Below are positions 39,931 to 53,262 of a stretch of DNA of 64,000 nucleotides, piece after piece. Position 1 is the first letter of the stretch. Each line of letters opens with the position of its first letter. The notes under the pieces are model-generated. The model had not been told where the DNA came from. It did no database searches and worked only from the letters and a program-made list of their open reading frames with translations. The position numbers were made by a program, and so were the translations under genes. The DNA is from Podarcis bocagei (lineage: Eukaryota), in the NCBI GenBank assembly GCA_964188305.1, contig OZ076893.1; one strand, written 5' to 3'.

Positions 39931-40310
39931 GATCTTGGAATGGTTTGGCCTGCAGCCTTGGATATGGAGTTAAAGTCAATCTAATTACTGCTTGGTTAAG
40001 ATTTTGCCTGAATTATAGGGCTGCTTCATATGTTAAAAAATCAGCTAGTGTGTAGAAATTACTGTGCAAATTGTGTTGGATGAACTTGCATTTTTGTTGC
40101 TGTTTCTACATGTGTGTGATGCTGGGAAACTACAGACTGCTGTGGCTACCTAATGTGAATTCACCTGGCAACCAGAGTCTACCCTGGACATCAGAGCAGT
40201 ATTCCAGGATATTATGTATTAATGGCTCTTCTATGTGGATGTTTGTAACATGTGAAGAGGCCCTTATCAGTTGCAGTTAAGATACTCCCTTTTCACCCCA
40301 CTCCATATGT

Positions 40311-40448
40311 CAGAGACAGCCAACATGGTGTCCTCCAGATGTTGTGAACTGCAACTTCTTTCATCCCTGATGATTGTCTGTGCTGCCTGGTGCTGATGGG
40401 AGTTGGGAGTTCAGAAACATCTGGAAGTTACCATGTTAGCTACCCCTG
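40311..40448. mobile_element. Short palindromic hAT MITE, degenerate
   Basis: gccaacatggtgtcctccagatgtt / aacatctggaagttaccatgttagc. Confidence 0.65.
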
Positions 40449-42806
40449 CCACATGTGGTTTGGTTCAGCCATTAAGTTGAGCCATTTAGCCTGATTAAGA
40501 AGCAAAGCTCTCCTTTTTAACTGTGGCCAAGCCTCTAGTGTGGTAGGCGTATATTTTGCTCCGGAGTCATTGCTGGACACAGTTGCATGAATTATATATA
40601 GATGGAAATATTGTGTGCTGTGAATGAGAGTCATTTTGCAGAGGAGCTTTCATTTGGGTAGGGCTTGGGCTGTATGATGTTCATATAATTCTCACATGTA
40701 TTGAAACAATTTGAGCTTTGAACAATCAGTTGTTTGGTATCCACAAACAAATGCCCACCTGTGGTTGTATGGAACATTTCATTCCTGCTTTTTCAGCAAG
40801 CTAATTTCAGCTGCTAAATCATCTCATAAAGCTCTCCTTACAGTCATGGTCTAGATGACTGACATACAAAGAAAAATGCGAGTAGCCTGACAAATTAATA
40901 TCGTGCACAGCAAGGGAACTCTGATTGATGCAGACAGTATCTGTTGTATGTAAGACAAAACACAACCACTAACAAACACAGAATATCTTGCTGATTAACG
41001 GAAACAAACTTGTTATCTTTTATAAGGAACTGTCCTTTCAAGGATCTAAAGAAGATACTGTTTCCCTTCCTTCTCTTCCTGCTGTTTCCTGCTGCAAACA
41101 AGTTAGGAAATTAAGGAGTAGACTAAGTCAACAGTGCTTAGGGAAATGTCTTTGCACCCTTTGATTTCCTATTGTTCCACCAGAAAATGCTAAGAAGATC
41201 TCCAGGAAACAATGTAGATAGTAGCACATAGTTCCCTCTCACCTAAAGGCAATCATGTTGACAAATACAAATAATTCATCTTGCAAAGTGTGAATTACAC
41301 ATTCCTTAAAAATGTGTGGGATAATATGTTCCTGCCTACCAAGTTTACAAGAACTAAATTCAATGCCATACATGGACATTTCTAGTTCAGAATTTTAAAA
41401 ACACACACAAAAGAACCAGCAATATTTGTAGCATAGAAGCACTGGTAAAATATGCGTGCTCCAAAGGTCTAAAATCAGTAAGCTGCTTTCTATGGATATT
41501 TGCTAAACAGGATGCTTGAGGCATCCCTCCTAATATTTTGGAATGGCTAAAAGTTCAAGTATTGGATATCAGAATGGACAATAGAGAGTGGTGTACTGTG
41601 CTCCTAGCAAACCACAAGAACAACATAATCTTGTAGCACCTTAGGCAGCCAAGATGGAGAATTCAAAATTACAATTATTATGTAGACAGCATTGGAGGAA
41701 GTAGTTTGATGATTAAATTCATAGATTTCCTATATGTTGACAGTTTCATTGTTTGGACTATATACAAAGAAGTGGAACAAAGTCCCATTATTGTTTTTAT
41801 TTTATGAAAAGTAGACCAAGAAAGCAAGCACTTTAAATGTCAGAGCAGCAAGAGGGTGGGGTGCATAATCCTTTACCTGTTGACCATTTCCCTCTGTTTT
41901 CAGCTCAGGGGAAAGGAGATGGGTACCCACTGTCACTCTGTGGGGAGAAAGCAGCGTGAGAGGCAATTTTGAGTGGAACACTGATCATCTGGAACAGGTT
42001 AATCTCCTCTCCCTTCTCCACTCAAAACTGCAGCCTCCCGAGGCTGCTTTTCAGTAGCAAAAACATTGAGGGGTGTGCAGTAAATCTATCAGCATGTACT
42101 GTGTGGTTTACCCATGAGGCTGTTTACTAACAATAATTTGCCAGAAACCTGGAGGCAGTATTGTAGAACTGTCACTGCGAATGTACACACATTCATTTCT
42201 CTCTGTCCCATCATGATTTCCAGGACAGCCAGTTTTTTGCTTGCTTTGTAGCAATTAATGTGGCAAAGGGAGAAAAGTTAGCACTAAACAGAGCGAGGCA
42301 GCCAATTTTGGGATTCATGAAATGACAGCCAACTGCATTGGCTTTTGTATTTTTTACTGCCACAGAGGAGGTGAGGCACAAAATAACTTTTCCAGCCTTG
42401 AGGACTGTGCACATTGGCTTGGAGAGGTTTGCCGTTTGGTTCTCTGTCTCACACAGCAAAATGTCTCAGGCAGACTCCTGGCAAAGAACCCATAGTAGAT
42501 GAACCCCTATATATATAAATAAATAGTTCCCAGCAATGCAGCCAGCACAAGAGCAACAGATACGTGTATGACTGCCATGAGTATCTCTTAAATAGTTCCC
42601 ATGACATCACTGGTAATGAGTAAAAAATTGGCCACCCCCTTATACTTGGAGTAGTTTTGCTTTGACATTTTAGTTCCCATGAGCATTCAGGCATATTTTA
42701 TTATATTTATACCCCATATTCCTCCTAAAAATATTCAAAGCAGCTTACAATGAAACAATGAAAATATAATAATAAAAATAAATAAATTACATGATAATAT
42801 ACTGTA

Positions 42807-42954
42807 NNNNNNNNNNNNNNNNNNNNNNNNNNNNNNNNNNNNNNNNNNNNNNNNNNNNNNNNNNNNNNNNNNNNNNNNNNNNNNNNNNNNNNNNNNNNNN
42901 NNNNNNNNNNNNNNNNNNNNNNNNNNNNNNNNNNNNNNNNNNNNNNNNNNNNNN
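42807..42954. other. Assembly gap (148 N)
   Basis: Run of N. Confidence 1.
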
Positions 42955-45172
42955 ATTCTTCATATATCTATGAAGAAAATTGAAATCCTAAGAGAACCAT
43001 GGAAGACTATTCATTCCCACACAGCAATACACTGTCTTTCAAGAATAGACAGGTTTCCTCCTGTTCACAGCGAGGCTTCCCCATCCCCCATCATGTCTGC
43101 ACAGTTATTAGGCTACTGCTGTTGAATGAGAACTTGTGCCATGGTAACCCTATCAAGGGGGCAGCCTCTCCCATTACAATGGCCTGGTGATACTCTGGTG
43201 TCATGAAGTCATTGAAAGGTTTGCTATTGAGTTCACTGCAATTGAAATTCCATCTGGAGCTTTTACAGTTTGGCATTCTACTGTGGCACTCGCACCTAGA
43301 GCCACACAGAGGAGAGAAACATGTTGCTTCACAATAAGCCACCGAGGGGGCATGAGTAGGCTTTTCTACCCCAAAGCCACTCTGAAACAATTTCATCTCT
43401 AGGCAACACAAGCTGCTGCTTCAGAGTTTTATGCTGCTTATAATCCCATTCGAGTTTGATGTGGCACACAGCTGAATGTAATTTCCTCATTTTCCTCCCT
43501 CAAATTAACCATTGTAGGTATAATTTTTGAATTACCCAGAGCTTTCTAAACACGTAAAGCATCTCAGGGTAGCAGAGGTTTCCACAGAGACCCCTGGAGT
43601 CCTGGCTGTTTCCTGATTCACAATGGTAAAAACTGTATAGTGTGCTCTGTGCCCACTTTTACTCTTTCATGTGCCAAAATACTGACTAAATAATGAGACA
43701 CCTTGGCACCTTAGCCCAATCTCAGCAAAATACCAAAAATGACAATTTCACAGATATATGAGTCCACATGCTCCCTCCGAACAATCCTCTTCTAAAATCA
43801 TGATGGAATAAAACATAAATATGATGACTATAAATGAGGTCCTTGAACTATTTTTCCAGGGAAGTTCTGAAAAGGTGTCTAGACTTTTCTCACAAGATGT
43901 TCTTATGCCTTTGTTAGGGCATCAAGGGGTCTTTCTTATATTCTCAATTAGGTTTCATAGCACATACTGTAGTTGTTTCTTCCTGCCTTCTGGCTGTGGT
44001 GTGAAAACATCACCACATCGGAGGCAGCCTTTCTGAGTTGATAGGATGCCATTCACAGCATCTCCAGGAGGCCTGCTTTGTATAAGGAAATGCCTCATGA
44101 GGAAAGGCTCCTTAGGATATGATTCTGGAGTGCCAAGAAGCCTGAACTTTGGAGTAAGACTGTTTTTGAAGCTTTTTGAAGCTTACACATTGAAGGCATG
44201 TATCAAGATGTGGCCAAAAATGCCTACAGATGAGTGATGGTGTGGATGATCAGGTTTGAGTTTGAGACAAATTTCCCAGATCATTCTCCACCACATTTGT
44301 TTCTAATGCAGCTTTCTCAAGGGACATGGTGGTCCCCCCACCATGCTACAAGGGTGGAGGAAAGTACCTTGGCATCTCAGAATCAGCACAAACAACTGAA
44401 GAAAAGAAGTCATGATATTTTGTATAGGCAAGGATGGGCTAAGACAATTAAAGAGGGAAGAGGCAAGGAAGGAGTCCAGCGTACCTATATGCAGTGGTGG
44501 CACCAGGAAAAAAATTATGAGGAGGCACAGGAGCGGCAACAATTATATCTAGGTGGGCAAACTGTGCCTCACATGTTAAGAAATTTGAAAAAAAAATAGT
44601 ATATGTTAATGACTAGAGTCTTGCAATGAATGGCAAGTGGGAGTGTACTTCTAGATGTGAGGTATTATTAAGGAGATCAATAGTCCTTCAGGAGCTAAGG
44701 ACTAAGAGCTCAGTTATAGAAGGAATATCATGGGCTGGATAACCTAGAAGAAGGCCTCTGCTAAATTTTCAATAAGGTTTTCATTGTTATGCATTCTGGT
44801 GGTGGTGTAGCAGTGTTTCCCTTGACAGAAGGTTCCAGAGTCTAGGAGGATGTGTGAGGAGTTTCCCATTCTAGTGCTGTTTCAATATTTTGTGTCGTAT
44901 ACTAAAATACCTAGGGCTTGTTTTGCTTTGGAGTCAAATCATAGCATGATCCAGAAGTTACTTTGTTTTTGTCCAATGAGCCATGTTGTCTCAGACCCAT
45001 TCTGCCTGCATTTGGACTACTCTCCCCAACAACTACCATGATACTTTAATACAGAAACAACTAAGAGTAACTATTAGTTATGTGTCAGACATGTAGTATT
45101 TTGTTAACAATTCAGGCAGCTATGCAAGCAAGATGAGGGAACGTTGGTGTGAGACCTGAAAATGCAATGAGC

Positions 45173-47363
45173 GGACTTCCGGGGTGGCGCCACCGGCAAT
45201 GGCGGACTCCCTCTGAACTGGAGGGACTGGCTCCGCGGTAAACAGGGTCTTCTCCGCTACGGTGAAGCGGGGACCCTTTTAAAATCACAGGCGGATGAAG
45301 CCTGTGATCGTGGGACTCGGCGGGCACCTCTAGCGCCCCCCCAATCTGCTAAGGAACCCACCAACGGGCTCCGAAGTGAGGAGGGGGAAGCGGTGCGGTG
45401 CTGTGAGTCAATCGCTATTTCCGTGGAGCGAAGCCGCATAGCCGTTGCCGGAGAGCGCTGCCTTTTTCCTGGGACAATTTGGACTTTAAAATAAGCATTT
45501 GTGAGTACCCGGAATTTGAACAATTGGCTATTAAACAAAGATTTGTGAGTAGGACAGAACCGGACTTTAAAAATTCAACTTGAATTTGGCACGGAACGGA
45601 AAGGGCTAAACAGGAAGTCACCCTTCCGTTCTTTTGTGAATAGAATAAAGCAAAGGCAATTTAATCTAGAGCTTAGAAAATCGTCTTTAAAAGATTGGAT
45701 TTCAACATTTTAAATTGTGAATCTTTTTCTTTGGACTGTTTCAAGTGACTTTAAAGGGAAGTAACTTTCCTCCGTCCTGATCCTGGAGTGGGGTGTTAGG
45801 ACTGACGTGGAAGCTCATTGACCAAAGACAACTGTTTTTTGACAGATAGTTAAAAGAAGAGAAATTTTGCGATTCCATTGCTCCCTTTCACACTTTAAAG
45901 GAATATATACGGACAAAGTATCTCAAAAAAGGAATTTTGTAGCAAGAAATAACCATAAGTCTTCCCCCTAGGGGAAGTTTGTGAAATTGTAACTAACTCC
46001 AGCAAACTGACAGCTGTTACAGAATAACCGTGGGAACAAGTGTGTGACCTTGCAGGACAATGCATTCAGAAGCCTTGTTGTGTGCTTTTTACAAAACAAA
46101 TGCTCTACTGGAAGAATTACATGAAAAGGTGAACTGGATGGTGACTTCGACTAGACATCTTCAACAGGCAGTGGACCAGACAGTGGGAAAATATGTGGAG
46201 CCCACTCAGGATTCAAACCAGGAGTGTGTCTTGACAGAACAGGAGGTTGTGGCATTAAATCAGGAGTGTGTTTTGACAGAACAGACCCAACAGGAATATG
46301 ATCTTTTGGATTGGACAAATGAATTTGGAAAAAGCCAGATCTGGAAAGGAAAAGTCTGGTGTGGTGTGGAAATGGGGGGCTGGATTGACCCCCCCTATGT
46401 TGGGATGTCTGGACTTTTTAAATAAGGGCTGCGAAATGTTTGGGACTACGGGGGCTCTCAACTTTGGAGGGCCTTTGAAACATGCTTTTAAGTCTACATG
46501 GAATGCAGTGACGAATACGGGAAAGGGTCTGATCTGTCGAGAAGAGTTAAAAACATTGTCAAGTTGGAGCCAACACGAGCAAGAGACATTGTCAAGCTGG
46601 AGTTACCACGAGCAGGAGATAAGAGAAATTACAGCTACAAATATGAAGAAGAGCTGCGGAAGGGCCATGGAAGTGACTTGAGGGCCTCGGACATAAGGTC
46701 ACCAGGTTAATGGGCTTGTTTGAGGGGAATAAGGACTGACAAAACCCGGAACCAGGAGGAAGGGACGTTGGATAAAAATTGGATTTGTTTGTACCTCTCT
46801 TTTTTTTTTCATTACTAGAATGTTTTGTAAACTTGATGAATGATAGAAAAATGTTGGAAGAAATTACCTGGCTTTAGCAAAGATGCTTAAAGAATTATGA
46901 AAGAATATTATGATTATACGAAGCTGGTAAGGTTAAGATTTAAATTTTAAATTTTAAGGTTTATTCTATTATAGAAAGATAAGATCATAATAGTCTAGAG
47001 TAATGTAATGATAAAGGATTTGCTGGGATAATTAATAACTAGGATACAAAGGAAGGGAGGAGGAGGAGGTCCAAGAAAGAAGGCTATGACAGTTAAGGGT
47101 CTGGAAATAATGAATTTGTTTTTAAATGTTTTTAAAGGTTAGGGATTTTTGCATTTTTGTCTTTTTTGTTTTCTTATTTTGGAGTTTCTTTTTTCCTTTT
47201 TTCTCATTCTTTTCTTTTTTTTACACGGTGGGAGGGGTTGCGTTTTTCTTTTTCTTTTTACTCTGTTAACTATTTTTATTCTTTGTATGTTTTTTGTGTT
47301 TTCACTTTTGTAACATTTTGAAAACTTTAATAAATATCTTATTTTTAAAAAAAGGAAAAAAAA
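45173..47363 (+). mobile_element. Full-length non-autonomous L1-dependent retroelement (HAL1-like), ~2.2 kb, no reverse transcriptase
   Basis: TSD GAAAATGCAATGAGC(GGA) at 45158-45175 and 47364-47381; CpG-rich 5' end GGACTTCCGGGGTGGCGCC; short ORF 46060-46425; T-rich 3' UTR, AATAAA and A-rich tail. Confidence 0.8.
46060..46425 (+). pseudogene. Putative degenerate ORF1-like remnant of the 2.2-kb retroelement
   Basis: ATG-initiated 121-aa ORF directly after the 5' UTR, with heptad-like LLEELHEKVNWMVTSTRHLQQAVDQTV and a duplicated NQECVLTEQ; homology not verified. Confidence 0.4.
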
Positions 47364-48699
47364 GAAAATGCAATGAGCGGATTCTGAATGTATGCCTTGG
47401 CATATGTTCCATAATTCCATAGTAATTGACTATGGGAATTAATAACCCACCGTCTCCAAAAAGAAAATTCAATTTCAGATTTATTAGTACTTGAGGTAAA
47501 CTACACACAGCCATGTATCTCTTATATTAATACAGGTTGCAGATAGACACCAGACTCAAAGCTCTAGACATCACATGCCCTCCTTGGAGGTGATCCAAGA
47601 TCTCTTGCTCCTGGACAGGGATTTTTGCCAATGCTAAATTGCTCTTACTGTCATGGATTCTGGGCTTCTGCTTTTAAAAAATACTTCAGATTTCTCCAAA
47701 TAGAGAAGGGGGGAAATGACCCCTTTGAATCCTGCCTAAGGCTAAGCCTCAACATGTCATAATTATATGCTATTAAAATGGTTCTCTGCTTAGTCTTCCT
47801 ACTGGATCTTCTGAATCCAATCTCTACTGGTCAGAACACATAATACCATGGAAGCAGCAGTGTTCCCCTAAGGCACTGACTCACAATATTGGCTCTTCAC
47901 AGCTAGATTTGTAATGCTACCACTCATCAAGTGTTGTACTAAGCCGCCTTTATTCTTGTTTTTCTTCTCTTCACTCACACTGTACAGGGTAATGATGATC
48001 CTTAGTTTTATAATAGGACTTTGAGTAAGACTAAGTGTATACTGGTTTGTATCAAACCTTGACAATCTAGCTGCCATCAAGGAGGCAAATCACGTGTGTC
48101 CTGCAGACTGATCCGCCTATACCATTAGGCAGAGTGAGATGGCTGCCTCATGTGGCAGATGTTGTGGAGATAACAGTAGCAGCCTCCATTAGTAGCCTCC
48201 TCCTAAGCTCCTCAACCATTCTTTTACGTTGGAGGATAGAGTTGTGTGTCAACAACCTGTCCTGCATTCCCTAAGCTGTATGGTGGAGGAAACTGCCCCA
48301 TTGTCAGGGTTAAAGTAAAGTTCAACTTAAATCAGGCAAGCTTCTGTGGATGGAGGAGATGCCATCCTGCCTCAGGCAGCAAAATGTCTTGGGCCAAGCC
48401 TTCCAGGAGTGTTTCATATGACAAAAACAACAAAAGAGAACTAATAATAATATTAATATGTTCTCCAGCACAAGCTCAGCCCTTAGTCTGAATCATGTAG
48501 GCTGCCCCTCACTCAAACCATCATGTTGCTAGGTCTTCACACGTTTTGGTTCCCAACGACAACTCCATCGGTCGAGTAATATATGATCAGGGACAGTGTC
48601 TGGAAAGCAAACTGCTTTAATTCGATGAGGTTTTGAAATAAAGGATGGCACTTCAAATAACAACCAAGTGGCAATTCTAGTATAAAGCTGGATGTCACA

Positions 48700-48760
48700 C
48701 ACAGGGATCAAACTTGAGACCTTATGTAAACAAAGCATGTTCTCTACCACTGAACTATGA
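48700..48760 (-). mobile_element. Squam3-like SINE tRNA head fragment
   Basis: Reverse complement reads atagttcagtggtagagaacatgctttg...aaggtctcaagtttgatccctg. Confidence 0.55.
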
Positions 48761-49290
48761 AACTCAGACAACTACAAATAAACCAATTCTGCCTCCACAC
48801 GTTATGCAGGTGTCCAGTTTTGGACGATTCCACAATCCATCTTCATCTGTGAGTATATTTATTTATTGTTTGAAACTTAAAAGATTACCATCCTGTCTTT
48901 TGTCCCCAAAAAACCGACAAGGTAGCTTGCAACCAATTCAAATATATAAGCATGGCATAAAAAAGAAATACCAAATCAACTGAAAGGGAAACATTAGAAA
49001 CAGTGGAGCAAAAATAAATACAATTTATCCATCATATTCAGCCACTGTGACGAAAATCAAAGAGCATTACCTCCCCGTCCCTGAAGAAAAAAAATCAGTA
49101 GAAACTCAGCCAGGAATCTTACAGACCTAAACTCATTTGCTGGCTATGGAGGGCAGTCAGTCTCATCTTGAACAGAGTTCCCCTCCAGAGTTTTTGTGCC
49201 ACTCCACACCATACCCAGTAGAGGAATCTGGAGCAGGGCTTCATAGGAATGCCTTTAAAAAGCCTAAAAGTATATGCATGTGCCTTAAGG

Positions 49291-49417
49291 CAGTGATGGG
49301 AAACCTATAGCCCTCAGATGTTGTTGGTCTACACTTCCTATCATTCCTGACCATGGACTATGCCGTTGGATTTTGTAGTCCAACAACATCTGGAGGGACA
49401 AAGGCTCCTCAGCCCTG
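49291..49417. mobile_element. Short palindromic hAT MITE
   Basis: CAGTGATGGG...ccctcagatgttgttgg / ccaacaacatctggaggg...GCCCTG; flanks ccttaagg / ccttaaca. Confidence 0.65.
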
Positions 49418-50144
49418 CCTTAACATATTCTCAACACAGATCATTTAGGGGCCAGAAGCCAAATGAATGTTGTTATTGATTCAAAAACTGGCATATTATT
49501 TGTGTGGTTCATGTCCATTCAAATCATTGAGTTGAAATTTTCAAGAACTCTTCAAAGACAGCTCCCATAAAGCATGTTGCAAAAATTCAGTCTGGCTGTG
49601 AATAAGGTGTGGATCAGGCCCATCCAACTTGTTCATTCAGGAGCAGCCCTGCATGCAACACTACCCCAAGCCATGAACTTGAGTGTGCAACCCCCCAAAG
49701 ACAGGATACACAGCCAATTCCAAGATAGCTCATATTGCCAGTCAACTGTGCTTCTCCATGCCCAGGCTAGTTTTGGAGATTGTTCTTCACATTTGTTCCA
49801 GATTCAGTGTATCCTTCCAGGAGAAATGCTTCATGAATCAACACACAATTAACAGCCCAGTTCTATTATTCTGTTTTAACTAATGGACTGCAAGCAAAAT
49901 AAAGCTTGAAGTTCCTCTCTGAAATAATCTAATGCAGCATATTCATGGTACTGCAGCTGTAATTAATGATGTCCATGTTAGGGAGAGCTCCAAAGAAAAT
50001 GTGAAAGTATTTGCAGTGGTGAGAAAGAAGCAGAGAAAAATTATTTGGAATGCACAAAAAATGATGGAAATGTGAATAACCCAACAAAGTAATGGAACAT
50101 AAAAAGCAAAAGTAGTTGTACTGGTCCATCAGAGAGAGAAAATG

Positions 50145-50412
50145 CCACAGTTGGACAATACTTTTATTAGGACCAACCAAAATGTTACAAAATAGTGGGA
50201 GCTTTCAAGCTTTCCAGAACTCTTTTATCAGGAAAGATGTTATACAAAACAGGGGCAGGGAGTGGGGAGAAGAGGGGAATCACGCATGCGAACACACACA
50301 CACACACACACTCATTTCTTCATACATACTTTATGTAGCATCTTGCCTGATGAAGAGTTCTGGAGAGCTTCAAATCCTGCCACTATTTTCTGCTAATGAT
50401 AATGGTCACAAT
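50145..50412. mobile_element. Penelope-like element remnant: inverted pair of pLTR ends with degenerate hammerhead cores
   Basis: Left arm (minus) acatctttcCTGATAAaagagttctggaaagcttGAAAgctcccactatttt...AATAAA; right arm (plus) gcatcttgcCTGATGAagagttctggagagcttCAAAtcctgccactatttt. Confidence 0.7.
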
Positions 50413-50877
50413 CTCACTACGATTTTACAATTAAGGCAAAACTTTGCACAAAATAAGAACTTGTCTTTTTTTTTTTTTAATGGAAGAGGAGAGCTGATCT
50501 TTTTCATGCCACATCTTAGAGAACCAAAAATCCATAGCTTTTCTCTACTATATCTTTTTTGAAATGTGAACACAGCTGTTAACAGTACTGAACGGGCAGG
50601 TGTACCAATTATATTATAAAGGCATTACCATGTTTCCTGTATTATTTTTGATCCCCCTTGTTCCTAGAGTTTTGCCTATTTTGGGTGTAACACACTGAGC
50701 TGATCATTTAGGAAACTATTCACAGTAGCCCCTGATTTCTCTCCATAAGTGCTAATTTGGGGTGTGTGTGTGCAAATCACCACACATTTATGCTGAAGGC
50801 TCCAGATTACCTTGAAGTAAGCCCTCCAGAACTCTGTAGGGTTACCTCTCAGTGATCATGCTGATGATTCAGCTATA

Positions 50878-51265
50878 GGTAAAAAGGTAAAGGTAAAGGA
50901 CCCCTGGACGGTTAAGTCCAGTCAAAGGTGACTATGGAATGCGGGGCTCAACTTGCTTCCGACCAAGGGAGCTGGCGATGTCGACAGGCAACTTTCTGGG
51001 TCATGTGGTCAGCATGACTAAACCACATCTGGTGCATGGAACAGCATGACGAATGCCAGAGCACATGGAAATACTGTTTACTTTCCTGCCACAGCAGTAC
51101 CTATTAACTCGCGCTGGTATGCTTTCAAACTGCTAGGTTGGCAGAAGCCGGGACAGAGCAATGGGAGCTCACCCCATTGCATGGATTTGAACTGCTGACC
51201 TTCTGATTGGCAAGCCCAAGAGGCTCATTGGTTTAGAGTTTAGACCACAGTGCCACCTGCATCCC
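50878..51265 (-). mobile_element. Sauria SINE, full length, older and CpG-decayed
   Basis: AAAGGT repeats and conserved body; 14-bp TSD ATGATTCAGCTATA at 50864-50877 and 51266-51279. Confidence 0.95.
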
Positions 51266-51599
51266 ATGATTCAGCTATATCTTCTATTGAACTGCCAGGA
51301 ATTTACCGTAATTAAAAAAAGCTGAACTCTGAAATTAAGAGCTCATAGGAAAACCTGGCTTAATTTGGACATTAAATATATATATATTCCCAGTGTTGAG
51401 ACAATCAAACCTGCTTCCAGAGGGGAAGCTCCAATGCTTATCAATAATTGCTCTTCTTCCATTGTAAGCTACAAGGAGCACTGCCGCTGCATTTCCACAC
51501 TATTGAGGGTATTGTGCTTTTGTTCTGTTCACATCAGTGGGGGTAACATACCGTAGCTGCTCTGGGTGGCACAATTTGAAGCTCAACGTACATTCCCAC

Positions 51600-51986
51600 T
51601 AAGCCTTGTGGTGGGTGCCATTTTATGTCCCTGATTTGTTAAATTGATCTTTTAATTAGTGATGAAATGCTTTCCAGCTATACTTTTTCTAAAAATGGAG
51701 TGGCACTGGGCTATAACTTCATAATGCTATAATGTAAAATTTTGAAGTATGGTGCTTTAGTGCTGAAACACTATAATACTTCATTAAAAATAAAAGTGAT
51801 GGGGAGAGGGAACCTTTTCTAGTCAGCACCATTTTACGCACTATTAACATTATAGAACTATGGTGTTATAGCACTATCCCCTTTTATTAAATAATTTTAT
51901 AGCTGGGAAAGGGTTTTTGTTTTCTTTTTTAATACTAGTTAAAATAAATAAATGAGGCCATAAAAGAGTTCCCACCACAAAGGTTA
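51600..51986. repeat. Long degenerate palindrome, possibly a piggyBac-like MITE
   Basis: ccttgtggtgggtgccattttatg pairs with cataaaagagttcccaccacaaagg; ttccagctata with tatagctggga; gctataac with gttatagc; tataatgt with acattata; atggtgct with agcaccat. Confidence 0.65.
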
Positions 51987-52679
51987 TAATGAAAGTGTGT
52001 TGAGAGATTCACTTTCCGGACATGACAATGCCCATGTCAACCCCTGGTCCATGAAAACAAGGAAGAATAGTGATGAAAAGTTCATTCAGAGAAATCAACA
52101 GAAAGTGCAGGACAACAATCACTACATGATGGTGTCCTTTGGAAGCTCAAAAAATGGAGTGAACACAGCCTGGCAATGGTACACCACCATAACTACTGTG
52201 GAAGAAGCCCAAGGAGGAAGCAAACAGAAGAGTTGCAGTCAAAACTTGACCCTTTGCACCTCAAAACTGTGGTTGTTTTGCAGCTGAAAGAACTCAAAGT
52301 CTTTCAGGCAGTTGGTTCCCATTTATTTCTATAGAAATGTGCATCTGCATTGTCCTTATATAACCCAGTTTATCAACTTGTCTGTTTTTCTTTCTGAAAA
52401 AAAAAATAGCAAGGCAAAAGAAAAGGAGGAGAAATTCTATCAGTGCATAAAATGCTCCAGGCACATCTTCATCTGGAAAAATAATAAGGAATGAAAGGAA
52501 CGTGTAAGTAGAGTGCTTATGAACAACAGTAAAAAAGTGGCAATGAAAGAGTACATTTAAAATACTTCTGAATCATTTAGGTGAATCACAAGAACAGCAG
52601 CAAATTGCTTTGGAAGCCCACATTTTAACGTGCAAAGGCATCTGTATCATTTATTTCATCTTTATGGGTGGAATCAACA

Positions 52680-52826
52680 GCAATAATAATACGTAATACT
52701 TGTCTAGTGCATTCAGGTGTTCAAAACACTTCACATGCATTATCCGGCTGTAAAGTTCTCTAATAAACCCATATGAAAAAGCAGTATTACTGTCTCCCAT
52801 ATTGCAGATGGAGGGACTGAGGCCAA
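52680..52826 (-). mobile_element. MIR/CORE-SINE remnant
   Basis: tattactgtctcccatattgcagatggagggactgaggc matches the antisense MIR core pattern. Confidence 0.6.
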
Positions 52827-53262
52827 ATGTGTGCTGAAACCCCTGTCCTGCTTGAGGCACTCAAAGGTTTTATATCAGGCCAAGCTGCTCTTGCCCCCAC
52901 ATTCTGGGGACTTGGGGACAATGCCATGCAGGCAGCAGAAGGCTAACCATGAGTACAAGCAGTGCTTTTTCAGTGAGTACCACCATCTCTTTTTTTGCCA
53001 CCCACGGCAGCCATTTTCTGCTGACACTTTTAGCAAGTAGAGTAGCGGAACCTCATATTTTACAAAAAAGAGAGCACTGAGTACATATGTGTGAATGTGT
53101 GTGTGTGCATGCATGTACTTCACACCCACCAGCAGCCCAGCTGTTGCTCAGTGCTGGTGCCTTTCTGGATTCAGGCTTGCCCCACTACACAAATTAAGAT
53201 CCCAACACAGAAAGCACAGAGCAAAGTATCTCTCAAAAATAGCCTAGTGTAGAAAACAAAGG

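Noticed and set aside
45173-45470. Host gene CpG-island promoter
   Set aside because: It starts exactly at a TSD whose partner follows an A-tail 2.2 kb downstream, so it is a retroelement 5' UTR.
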